Positions 1-9,424 of a stretch of DNA of 22,389 nucleotides are shown in pieces. Source of the stretch: a virus (taxonomy: Duplodnaviria; Heunggongvirae; Uroviricota; Caudoviricetes); the IMG/VR virus record IMGVR_UViG_3300031992_000063, positions 1-22,389 of that record; one strand, given 5' to 3'. Positions within the stretch are counted from its first letter, which is position 1, and each line of letters opens with the position of its first letter. The notes beneath the pieces are model-generated. The model was given only the letters and a program-made list of their open reading frames with translations. It did no database searches and had not been told where the DNA came from. Both the position numbers and the translations under genes were made by a program.

Positions 1-1
1 A

Positions 2-226
2 AAGAATAAAGTGCTTAATGATGATATTGTTATAGAAGCAATTCCATCATAGTATATTAAAACATATGAATTTTATTCTGGAAATTATTCAGTAACGCCG
101 CTCGCGTTCGTAGATTAGCTTCTTCGTACTAATGACAAGGTAATGGAATAGAATGTAGTGGTAGAAAAAATACCATATGCCACTACTTCAAATGTTGCCG
201 GTGGGTATACGGCAATTATAGGATAA
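2..226 (+). CDS. Phage structural-region hypothetical protein, C-terminal part (5' truncated by window); code 15
   Basis: Frame open from base 2 with TAG=Q at 50, 116, 149: ...YSGNYSVTPLAFVDQLLRTNDKVMEQNVVVEKIPYATTSNVAGGYTAIIG; ends TAA 224-226, overlapping the SD (TAAGGAG) of the next gene. Confidence 0.8.
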
Positions 227-240
227 GGAGTTGAACAATT

Positions 241-846
241 ATGGCGACTAATCAATATATAAATAAAGTTATATATGGCGGCCAAACCTTAATTGACTTA
301 ACAGTGGATGATGTTACTAGAGCATCAGTACTTAGTGGTATTAAGTTCCATTTGCCTTCTGGCGAAGCAACCACTGGTACTTGCGAATATGACGCGAAAA
401 CATCTGATGCCACTGCGGTCGCCGCGGAAATTCTAGCAACGAAAACCGCCTATGTGAATGGCGCAAAAATCGTTGGTAGTATGCCTAATCGTGGTGCTGT
501 TGATGGGAGCATTACAGCCCTAGATGGAATTTACACAATTCCACAAGGTTATCATGATGGCTCTGGTAGGGTAAGCATTGCTAGCACAGAGCAGGCTAAG
601 TTGCTTCCTAGCAACATTCGCGAAGGTGTAACGATTTTAGGTGTAACTGGTACTATGAGTGGCTCTGAAGGTGTCAAGGCAACTTCATTAACTGTTACGC
701 CTTATACAACAGCACAGACAATAGTGCCTTCAGACTTAGGTGATTTCAATAGCATTACGCAAGTTAATGTTGCCGCAATTGCCTATTCTGAGACTGATAA
801 TGAATACGGTGGAGTAACTGTAACAATTGGCACTGTCGCCGCGTAA
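241..846 (+). CDS. Putative phage tail-associated protein, 201 aa
   Basis: SD AAGGAG upstream; intact ORF with no TAG; ATAxAxxIxxGKTAYVNG and NIRxGVTILGVTG motifs recur in the 2613 gene; C-terminus NEYGGVTVTIG resembles the upstream gene's C-terminus. Confidence 0.75.
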   Translation: MATNQYINKVIYGGQTLIDLTVDDVTRASVLSGIKFHLPSGEATTGTCEYDAKTSDATAVAAEILATKTAYVNGAKIVGSMPNRGAVDGSITALDGIYTIPQGYHDGSGRVSIASTEQAKLLPSNIREGVTILGVTGTMSGSEGVKATSLTVTPYTTAQTIVPSDLGDFNSITQVNVAAIAYSETDNEYGGVTVTIGTVAA

Positions 847-859
847 GGGGTGATGGCCA

Positions 860-1399
860 ATGGCAAATTTATATAAGAACAAAGTTGTTTATGGCAATGA
901 TGTGTTAATGGATATTACAGACACAACCGCCACTCCTAATGGCGTCGTAGAAGGTTAGGTATTCTACGGCGCCAATGGAGCCAGAAATGTGGGGACATTG
1001 GGATTGGTTACTACCACAACGAATGGACTTATGGCGGCAGTAGATAAGGCGAAGTTGGATGGGATTAACATTTATTGTAAGACAACGGCAGAATTGAATA
1101 ATGATATTAATTTCATTCCAGAACGTGGCGCGATTGTTATCTATCTAGACCATAATACAATGATTGACGATGTATCCGGGGAACCAGTAGTAGTCCCAGA
1201 TATTAAGATAGGAGATGGCAACGCATATTGTATTGATTTACCGTTTGTAAGAGATGCAGTATGTAATTCTATCCTAACGCAACTAAACGCGCATATGTCC
1301 GACTCTTCAATACATGTTACTCCCGCAGAAAAGCAATTTTGGAATTAGAAATTAAATTATGAAATTGAGGATGACATCCTCGTATTAAATTAGAATTAA
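860..1399 (+). CDS. Putative tail-associated protein, 179 aa; code 15
   Basis: ATG 860 after AGGGGTGA; MANLYKNKVVYGNDVLMDITD is paralogous to the start of gene 241; TAG=Q at 956, 1346, 1391; KIGDG motif; ends TAA 1397-1399. Confidence 0.8.
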
Positions 1400-1412
1400 G
1401 GATGTGAACTTT

Positions 1413-2393
1413 ATGCCTGAAATTAGTAAAATTAAAACGACAAATGGTACTGTGTATGACATAAAAGACACAGTCGCTCGTGCTACTATGGCTGGCGCCA
1501 TTCTTATTAAGGGTACAACTACTACAGCTTTGACTGACCAAGCAACTACTACGCCTATTAAAATTAACAATGCAGATTATACCCCCAAAGCTAATGACGC
1601 TGTTTTTTATAATAAGAAAGAATTTATATTTGATGGCACTAAGTGGCATGAATTCGGCGATATGACCGGATTAGGCGCATTGGCTACAAAGGATAGCGCT
1701 AGCGGCAGTTTTACTCCTGCTGGCACTGTTTCACAGCCAACATTTACTGGAACACAAAAATCAGTTAGCGTTAGCGGCAAACCTACTGGCTCTGTGACTA
1801 TCTCTACTGGCACTGGTACTGCTAACTACACTCCTTCTGGAACCGTTAGCAAGCCTACTTTTAGTGGCACTGCTACTACCTCTAGCGGTAAATTTACTCC
1901 AGCAGGAACTATTTCTGCCGCAAATAATACTAGCGGCAATTACACTCCCGCAGGTACCGTTGGTGCTCCTACTATTAGTGTTGCTACCGCCGGCGCGACT
2001 ACTACTGTTAATTCAATTACAAATGTGGGAACGCTACCTACACTAAGTACAACAGTAGAAGATGAGACATTAGTATTTAACTTTAGCCAAGGCACATTAC
2101 CTACAAAGGGTGCAGACACTACTGTAAAGACAGGCGATGCCTCGTATAGCGCTTCTGCTCCTTCTTTTACTGGTACTAAAGTAAAATTGTCATTTACTGG
2201 TACAGAAGGCAATGTTAGTGTTAGTGGTACGCCTACTGGTACTGTATCTCAGCCAACCTTTACAGGTGATGGAGCCGAACTCAAAGCAACATTTAGCGGC
2301 ACCTCTTTCACCTCTACCGGCAATTACACTCCAGAAGGAACGGTATCTCAGCCTACATTTAGTGGTACTCAGGGAACTGTTTCTGTTTCTTAA
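1413..2393 (+). CDS. Thr/Gly-rich repetitive tail-fibre-like protein, 326 aa
   Basis: ATG 1413 after AAGGATGTGA; no TAG; TPxGTVSxPTFxG repeats; N-terminal domain closely matches residues encoded at about 18043-18210 of the 17140 gene. Confidence 0.75.
   Translation: MPEISKIKTTNGTVYDIKDTVARATMAGAILIKGTTTTALTDQATTTPIKINNADYTPKANDAVFYNKKEFIFDGTKWHEFGDMTGLGALATKDSASGSFTPAGTVSQPTFTGTQKSVSVSGKPTGSVTISTGTGTANYTPSGTVSKPTFSGTATTSSGKFTPAGTISAANNTSGNYTPAGTVGAPTISVATAGATTTVNSITNVGTLPTLSTTVEDETLVFNFSQGTLPTKGADTTVKTGDASYSASAPSFTGTKVKLSFTGTEGNVSVSGTPTGTVSQPTFTGDGAELKATFSGTSFTSTGNYTPEGTVSQPTFSGTQGTVSVS
1710..2369 (+). repeat. Dispersed peptide repeat (F/Y)TPxGTVSxPTF(S/T)G, about 5-6 degenerate copies
   Basis: Visible in the translation of 1413-2393. 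Confidence 0.8.
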
Positions 2394-2409
2394 TTAAAGG
2401 AGGGGTAAT

Positions 2410-2601
2410 ATGGCTGATATTTCTAGTATTCAATTTGGTAGTAATGTATATAATATGAGAGACTATCGCCTACCCGCTTTTCCAAGCTCTACAACTACCA
2501 CCTATTTAAGAGGGGACGGCACATGGGCCGCCCCTTCTTTTCCGCAAGGAGTACAATTTATTGATAATAATGATCATTTGCTCGTTATTATTCCATCATA
2601 A
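2410..2601 (+). CDS. Small hypothetical protein with LRGDGTW fibre-type motif, 63 aa
   Basis: Strong SD AAGGAGGGG; ends TAA; paralogous to the N-terminus of the next gene (YNxxDxRxPA...LRxDGTW). Confidence 0.75.
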   Translation: MADISSIQFGSNVYNMRDYRLPAFPSSTTTTYLRGDGTWAAPSFPQGVQFIDNNDHLLVIIPS

Positions 2602-2612
2602 GGAGTGATTAA

Positions 2613-3890
2613 ATGGCAAGTGTAGATGTTAAGAAAATTAGGTTGAATAGCGGTACAACCTATAATATAAAAGATAGTCGAATTCCAGCATTGACAAATG
2701 ATACGGCAACATTTTTAAGAAGTGATGGTACTTGGTCTGACCCTACCGCTAACTTGCCAGAAACTACAGATGTTGTTGATAACGGCACCTATATGACAAT
2801 ATAGCCAACTGGTTCTAGTTCAGGAGTTGTGCTTCAAAGTAAAACTGGAATTACGCCCCTTACGACTTCATAGACTATTCGTCCTGATAGCGGATATGGC
2901 GGTTTAAGTTCGGTACAAATTAACGCTATGCCAAGTGGAGCAGTTTCCGCGCCGACATCTATATCAGGAAGCAGTGCGACTGTATCAACTGGCACCAATA
3001 CTTTAACATTAACCAAAACTATTTCAGTAACGCCTAATGTATCTACAGCAGGTTATATTAGCGCGGGAACAGCTACAAATAGCTCTGTGTCTTTAACTGC
3101 TTCAATTACAACTAAAGCGGCCGCAACTATTACGCCTACTACTTCTAATTAGAGTATTGCCGCAGGAACTTATTTAACTGGCGCGCAGACTATTAAAGGT
3201 GATAGCAATCTTGTAGCAGGGAATATAAAATCGGGTGTCACGATTTTTGGAGTAAGTGGCTCATATAGCGGCAGCGGTTCTAGTCCTTCACTATAGGCAA
3301 AAACAGGAATTGCTCCATCTACTTCATCTTAGACAATTACACCAGATAGTGGTTATGATGGTTTGAGTTCAGTCCAAATCAATGCTATGCCATCTGGTAC
3401 TACAACATCGCCAACCTCCATTTCTGGGACAAGCGCAACAGTATCTACCGGCACGAATACTATTACATTGACGAAGACAATTTCTGTTACTCCAAGAGTT
3501 ACTACCGCAGGATATGTTAGCGCAGGCACGGCAGGAAATTCAAGCGTTTCATTAACTGCTTCCGTTACTACAAAGGCAGCAGCAACAATTACTCCAGGTA
3601 CTAGTAATCAGACCATTGCGGCCGGAACCTATATAACGGGAACATAGACCATTTCTGGCGATGCCGATTTAACAGCAGCCAATATTAAGAAGGGTGTATA
3701 GATATTTGGCGTAACCGGCACATATACTAGTGATGCTAATGCTACTGCGGCCAATATTGCTAGCGGCAAAACCGCATATGTTAATGGGTCTAAAATTACT
3801 GGTACTTTGACATTCCAAACATACTATACAGGTTCATCTGCGCCCGCCTCAAGCCTCGGTGCAGATGGCGATATATATTTACAATCATAA
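2613..3890 (+). CDS. Tail-fibre-like protein with two 153-aa tandem repeats, 425 aa; code 15
   Basis: SD AAGGAGTGA; 7 TAG=Q (2802, 2871, 3150, 3294, 3330, 3645, 3699) join three listed ORF fragments in one frame; ends TAA 3888-3890; C-terminal GxDGDIYLQ motif. Confidence 0.85.
2832..3730 (+). repeat. Intragenic tandem duplication with a 459-nt (153-codon) period
   Basis: LQSKTGITPLTTSQTIRPDSGYGGLSSVQINAMPSG... vs LQAKTGIAPSTSSQTITPDSGYDGLSSVQINAMPSG...; collinear at an exact +459 offset at every position checked. Confidence 0.92.
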
Positions 3891-3906
3891 TAAAGGAGGA
3901 GAATAA

Positions 3907-6288
3907 ATGGCTTAGCAAATTAATGTTTCAGATACAATAACATTATATCCAAATGGATATAGTAGCGCCAACTCCTCCTACTCTTCTATTAGTAGTAGTT
4001 ATCCAATATCAAATGGTTACGATGGGGCAGATTCTAATAATTATGCCTATATTACTTGTAATACAGGTTCTCGCGCAGAAACTCATATTTCTTACACATT
4101 TGATGTGTCAGATATTCCCGCAGAAGCAACTATTTCATCTGTTGCTTGTTAGGCTAAGGTGCGCGTAAGTTCTACTTCATATATTTCTACCGCAGTAGTT
4201 CAATTGTATAGCGGTTCAACCGCAAAAGGTAGTTCTACTAGTGCGCGAACTACTACCGCAACTGCTTATACTCTAACTCCCGGTACTTGGACTAGGTCAG
4301 AAATTAATAATATACAAATACGATATACTGGTACTCGTGGTACAAGTAACACAACTCGTGCCGCCTATCTTTATTTCTATGGCGCAACATTAAGTATAAC
4401 TTATGCTATAGAGGGTATGGAATATACCGTTACTGCCGTTTCAGAAACGGATGGAACGACAGTAGAACCATTGGCGCAAAACATTATGGAAGGAAATAGC
4501 GCAACTGTTACTATATATGCTTCTTCCTTGGATGATATAGTAGTCAAAGATAATGAAATTGATGTAACTGAAAATTTGGTATAGCACACTATGCCAACAG
4601 GCGGCACATTATCTTAGGCGCCAGCGTCCTATACAGTATCAGGCTCTGTTAGTGGCACTCGTTATCGGGATACGGTAGGGCATACAGTAGATAATCCTTC
4701 ATCGCAAAGTGGTAATGACTATTGTAGCTCTAGCGGCAGTACCGCTACTATCTACTATCACTTTGATTTTAGCGACCTTCCAGACAATGCTACTATTACT
4801 TCAATGACAGTATAGGCACATGGTCATTTAGAGAATAGTTCTAATAGCAATGAAGTAGCCGAACTAAATGTTTATAACGGGACAACCGCAAAAGGCACAG
4901 CGATATCTTATACTTCTACTTCTAGTTAGACACGAACAATTAGTCCTGGCACTTGGACGGTAGCAGAATTAAAAGAGGACCCTCGCGTTGGATTTACTAT
5001 TGGTTACTATGGCGGCCTTACCACTGGTATTACTTGGACGGTAGCATATGATGTACCATCTAGCGGCAATCCTTACTATTGGACCTACACTCTTAATAAT
5101 ATTGATTTAGACCACTCAATTGTAGTAGAACAATCAGGACCATATGTGCCTCCCACAGAGGACCCCCAGTATAATTATTATCCAATTACTATTTCTAGTA
5201 TTAACGCAACTACTGACCCATATAATGGGACAACGCGTGTTTAGGAAGGAACTACGCAAGTCGTAACTATTAGTCCAACTGACCCGTAGCTTACACTGGC
5301 ATTAGACAATGGTGTTGATATTACAAGTTAGTTAGTTGGCGGCGTACCAAATAATACTTATACAGTTACCACACAAGTAAGCGGCGCCAGCTATGGTTTT
5401 AATCTAAACTCATCTACTGGTTATTATGTATCTACTAATGATGGTGTAAACAAGTCTGCTTCCGTTGCTCGTCTTAACTTAGATTTAGAAAGCGATTGTA
5501 TAGTTACTATTCAGTATATTAACTATGCCGAAGCAAACTATGACTATGGTTTGTTTGGCAAATTAGATGTATCGGTTGCGACAGATGGTTTAACCGCAGG
5601 TTCTAATGGTTCATCTCCATCGGATAGTACAAACAATTATGAGTTAGCAATGGCTTCAAATAGTAGCAGCACGCAAACTATTAGTTATACAGTGCCAATG
5701 GGGCAGCATTTTATTGATATCAAATATGGTAAAGATGATGCTTCTAACGCTAATAACGATAGTTTATAGTGGAAAGTTGCCTCAATTCAAGCGACCTCCG
5801 CGGGCGGAGACTACACTTATACATTGTCAAATGTAAATTAGAAACATAGTTTAATTTTTATATTTGGTGATGTTAGCTATTACTTCATTACTTCTTCTAC
5901 TAATAGTGGTAAGATTTTCCCTGATGGCTAGGTTGTTAAATTAGAAGGAGATAATTATAGTATTACTATAATTCCAAATAGTACTGCCGCGACTGTTACG
6001 TTGAAGGATAACAACATAGATAAAACTTCAACATTGTAGCGAATATAGGGCTAGGATAAATCGGGAAATCAAATTGTTAATTATACATACACATTGACAA
6101 ATATTACTGCGGCGCATACTATTGCGGTTACTATTAGTACAGGCGTGGCGCAGATTTATATAAAGATGGGAAATAGTTGGTAGGCGTATACTAATGTATA
6201 TAAGAAAGTAAATGGTAGTTGGATTAAATAGGCGGATTTAACTAGTGTATTTAATTCAAGTACAAATTATGTTTAGGGCAAGACTTAA
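3907..6288 (+). CDS. Large beta-rich virion protein (tandem beta-sandwich domains, possible adhesin/receptor-binding protein), 793 aa; code 15
   Basis: SD AAAGGAGGAG; ATG GCT TAG CAA; 18 in-frame TAGs and no TAA/TGA over 2.38 kb; two FDxSDxPxxATI...TAKG...PGTWT domains and YTYTLxNxxxxH repeats; ends TAA 6286-6288. Confidence 0.82.
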
Positions 6289-6292
6289 ACAT

Positions 6293-6322
6293 TTGACAAA
6301 CCATTTACAAGTATGGTATAAT
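6293..6322 (+). promoter_or_regulatory. Sigma70/sigmaA-type promoter with extended -10
   Basis: TTGACA 6293-6298, 18-nt spacer, TG at 6314-6315, TATAAT 6317-6322, located in an intergenic gap. Confidence 0.75.
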
Positions 6323-6378
6323 TAAAATATAAGGATGGAAATGTTATGAAAATTTTTAGAATAGGTGGTGGTTAACCT

Positions 6379-7971
6379 ATGGCTACAACCACAGGAAGCC
6401 GTTATGATCATATTGCCATATAGGATGGCAGTGATACAACATTACATTATTTAACTGATAATAGATACCCGGATGTGCCGAATGACTCGACTAAGTATCT
6501 GCGTGGAGATGGTACTTGGAATACGATTAACGTTAGTACGCCGTATATTGTTGGCACAGGGACTAGATCGGCTATCTTAAATAACAGCACTGATAATATT
6601 GCTAGTGGTACTGGAAGCATTGCTGATGGCCAAAACTGCTTAGCCAAAGGCAATTATTCGCATGCTGAAGGTTATACATCAGCAGCAGAAGGGACTGGTG
6701 CTCACGCTGAAGGCGGAGTGTCTGGAGCATTAACTCTTTCTTTCACTGGTTCTAATACATCTTACACAACTACATCAACAAGCAATTTAAAAGATACGTT
6801 TTTAGGTCACATTATATCATATAATAATATCACAACTTATATTACTTCCATTGACACATCTACCGGAGTTATCACTGTAGCTACTTCATTGGGGACATTG
6901 AATAACGCAAATGTGACTATACAAATAGCTGGTAATGCAGCGTATGGAAATGGTTCTCATGCTGAAGGGAGCAAAACGCTTGCTCAAGGCGCAGGATCAC
7001 ATTCTGAAGGTTATGAAACTATATCATATTCTGCTGAATCTCATGCTGAGGGTAATACGACACAAGCTCGTGGGGTATATTCTCATGCTGAAGGATACTT
7101 TTCAAAAACTACAGCTTCATACGCTCATGCAGAAGGTAATAGCACATCTGCTGAAGGTCAATCTACTCACGCAGAAGGATATGGAACCAATGCGATGGCC
7201 GCATTTTCACATGCGGAAGGACAAAATACATACACAAATGGTGAGTATTCTCATGCTGAAGGCTGTTATGCACACACATATGGCAATAATTCTCATGCTG
7301 AAGGTGGATATAATTCTACCACAACAATAAGTCTAACAGGTTCTGATACGACTTACACTTATTCTGGTACATCTGATTATAGTCATTATTTAGGAAAAAG
7401 AATAACTTATAATGGTATAACAAGCTTTATTACTGCAATGGACAATACAAATCGCACAGTGACTGTATCTACGACATTAGGTACTTTAAGCTCAACAAGA
7501 TGCGTGATATACGCTTATAGCCCATCCGCTTACGGCGTAGGTTCTCATGCAGAAGGATATGGAACCACTTCTTATGGAATATATTCTCACGCGGAAGGCC
7601 AATATACAATTGCAGAAGCTAATTTTTCTCATACAGAAGGATTGTCCACAAAAGCTAATGGGCAAGTATCGCATGCAGAAGGGTATAAAGCAATTGCTAA
7701 TGGCGAATATTCTCACGCAGAAGGCTATCTAACTATTGCATCAGGACAATATCAACACGCCTCTGGCAAATATAACGTAGAAGATCTCAATAATGCCTAT
7801 GCAGAAATAGTCGGTATTGGTTCCTCAACTTCTAATCGCAAAAACGGTCGCACTCTCGACTGGAATGGTAATGAACAACTCAGAGGTAGCTTAACACTTG
7901 GGTTGGGTACAACTGACCAGACAACTGTAACAGCGGCGCAACTCAAACAATTACTCGCATTATTATCTTAA
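6379..7971 (+). CDS. Tail fibre / adhesin with YadA-head-like (Hep/Hag-type) SHAEG repeats, 530 aa; code 15
   Basis: ATG 6379 after AGGTGGTGG; a single TAG=Q at 6421 (codon 15) extends the listed ORF 6475-7971; about 16 HAEG repeats with a 14-residue period; LRGDGTW motif near the N-terminus. Confidence 0.85.
6655..7770 (+). repeat. 14-aa SHAEG repeat array interrupted by two mutually similar inserts of about 75 aa
   Basis: Blocks of 2, 9 and 5-6 repeats separated by TLSFTGSNTSY...SLGTL and TISLTGSDTTY...TLGTL inserts. Confidence 0.85.
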
Positions 7972-7985
7972 TAGGGGTGACCTTT

Positions 7986-8246
7986 ATGAATACAACAAAT
8001 CAATATTACATTTTTGAAATACAGAAATACGATAACGGCGAATACGGTCATATTGTCCATTTCGCATACGACGATGACCCTGAATGGGCTCGTCTCAAGG
8101 CAGAAGCAAAGTACCACGAAGTGCTTGCTGCTGCCGCAGTTTCCAAGCTTCCTCAGCATTCAGCAACCCTTTTGCTTTCTGATGGCAGAATGGTTATGAG
8201 TCAATGCTACGAGCATCCTGTTGCTATTGAGCCTGAGGATAACTAA
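7986..8246 (+). CDS. Hypothetical protein downstream of the fibre gene, 86 aa
   Basis: ATG 7986 after GGGGTGA; no TAG; ends TAA; position is compatible with a fibre-associated accessory protein (inference). Confidence 0.75.
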   Translation: MNTTNQYYIFEIQKYDNGEYGHIVHFAYDDDPEWARLKAEAKYHEVLAAAAVSKLPQHSATLLLSDGRMVMSQCYEHPVAIEPEDN

Positions 8247-8331
8247 TTCGTAGTAAAGAAGTTCACGGATAACCACACCAATAAGTTATTTTATCTTACT
8301 CGTATCCCAGCGGAGCTTCTTTATCTATAAT

Positions 8332-8404
8332 CAATACGATATAGTGTTTATATAAAAATGTCTGAGGCAAGAAGCAGGTTTTTATATAAACCTATACCGT
8401 ATTG
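8332..8404 (+). other. Long imperfect inverted repeat (25-bp stem) upstream of the holin
   Basis: CAATACG/CGTATTG, TATAG/CTATA and GTTTATATAAAAA (8346-8358)/TTTTTATATAAAC (8379-8391) are nested around a 20-nt loop. Confidence 0.8.
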
Positions 8405-8432
8405 TTTAATAACTTAAAAAGAGGTTATGATT

Positions 8433-8744
8433 ATGACAGACATTACTTATATTATTATAGGTGTAATTTTAATTATCTTTGGCGTAATCGCGCGATTTGC
8501 TATTCCTTTCCTTCGTACTAAAATGAGCGTGGATTAGATGGCAACCTTAAAACAGGTAGTCAATATCGCAGTCTACGCCGCAGAACAAATCCTCGGCCCG
8601 AAGATGGGTAAGGATAAAAAGGCATTCGCGCTTGAGTATGCCAAGAAACTCTTATCAAAATTCAATTTAACCTTTGATGAAGCAGCTATTGATGCCGCAA
8701 TTGAAGCACAGGTAAAAGAACTTAAAATTGAGGTAAAAGAATGA
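8433..8744 (+). CDS. Phage holin, LL-H-like family, 103 aa; code 15
   Basis: SD GAGGT 8421-8425; one N-terminal hydrophobic helix (ITYIIIGVILIIFGVIARFAIPFL); TAG=Q at 8535; AVYAAEQ...GKDKK...IDAAIEAQV pattern typical of LL-H holins; ends TGA overlapping the next ATG. Confidence 0.8.
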
Positions 8745-9004
8745 AAGCAACAGTATATGCTGACAACAACTTACCGGTTCGGTTTCGTATGACCCCGAGT
8801 ACAACTAGTCCAATTATTGCTGAAATTCCACAGGGCGAGAAAGTTACAGTCCTTAATGATAACGGAAAATGGAGCCAAATAGAATATCATCACGAAACCG
8901 GCTATATGATGTCTAGATTCTTAATTCAGGGCAATACCAAACTTGCTTCGTTAAAGACTAAATTGAAAGAAGTTCTACAAATTTTAGATACTTTGGAGGA
9001 CTAA
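8741..9004 (+). CDS. Stand-alone SH3b-like (cell-wall-binding) protein with C-terminal helix, 87 aa
   Basis: VRFRMTPSTTSPIIAEIPQGEKVTVLNDNGKWSQIEYHHETGYMMSRFL fits the bacterial SH3 pattern; ATGA overlap with the holin. Confidence 0.7.
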   Translation: MKATVYADNNLPVRFRMTPSTTSPIIAEIPQGEKVTVLNDNGKWSQIEYHHETGYMMSRFLIQGNTKLASLKTKLKEVLQILDTLED

Positions 9005-9007
9005 TAA

Positions 9008-9424
9008 ATGAGCAACTTATTAAATCAAAATATGTGGAATTAGCAACCGCAGTATCAAATGGGAGGAGCAAATTTCTCTCCATATATAAACTAGTCTTGG
9101 CAAATGCCGCAACAGCAATAGCGTCTTCCAGTTTATAGCGCTCAGCCAATTCACGGTCATGATGCCGCCATGCAGTTCCTAATGGCGCCAAATAGTGAAA
9201 TTTATTTGCCCGATGCCGACCAAGATGTGATTTGGTGGATTAGAACTGATAACATGGGTAATCATTTGGTGTAGGGATTTGATATTAAATTACATCAAGA
9301 ACCTGCCCCAGTAGATACTAATGATTTAGCGGCTCGTCTTGCCGCAGTGGAGGAATGGATAAATGCCAAATCTAATAAGTCAAATGCGAAACGGAACACC
9401 GCAGGTGCCGCCACAGCTGAGTAA
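9008..9424 (+). CDS. Gln-rich hypothetical protein, 138 aa; code 15
   Basis: SD GGAGGA 8995-9000; TAG=Q at 9041, 9092, 9119, 9272, three of them in the Gln-rich N-terminal part (e.g. CAA CAG CAA TAG); ends TAA; absent from the supplied ORF track. Confidence 0.8.

Noticed and set aside
6094-6122. Second promoter-like TTGACA-N17-TACTAT
   Set aside because: Intragenic with only a 4/6 match at -10; expected by chance in AT-rich DNA
2613-6288. Interpreting the fragmented ORFs as pseudogenes of a decaying prophage
   Set aside because: All interruptions are TAG, with no frameshifts and no internal TAA/TGA; SD sites and gene junctions are intact
8247-8432. Suppressor tRNA-Gln(CUA) in this or another intergenic gap
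   Set aside because: No cloverleaf, T-loop (GTTCRA) motif or CTA anticodon arm found by eye; it may lie outside the window
8427-8435. Lambda-S-like dual-start motif (Met-Ile-Met) in the holin
   Set aside because: No charged residue between the two Mets, and the first ATG is only 1 nt from the SD
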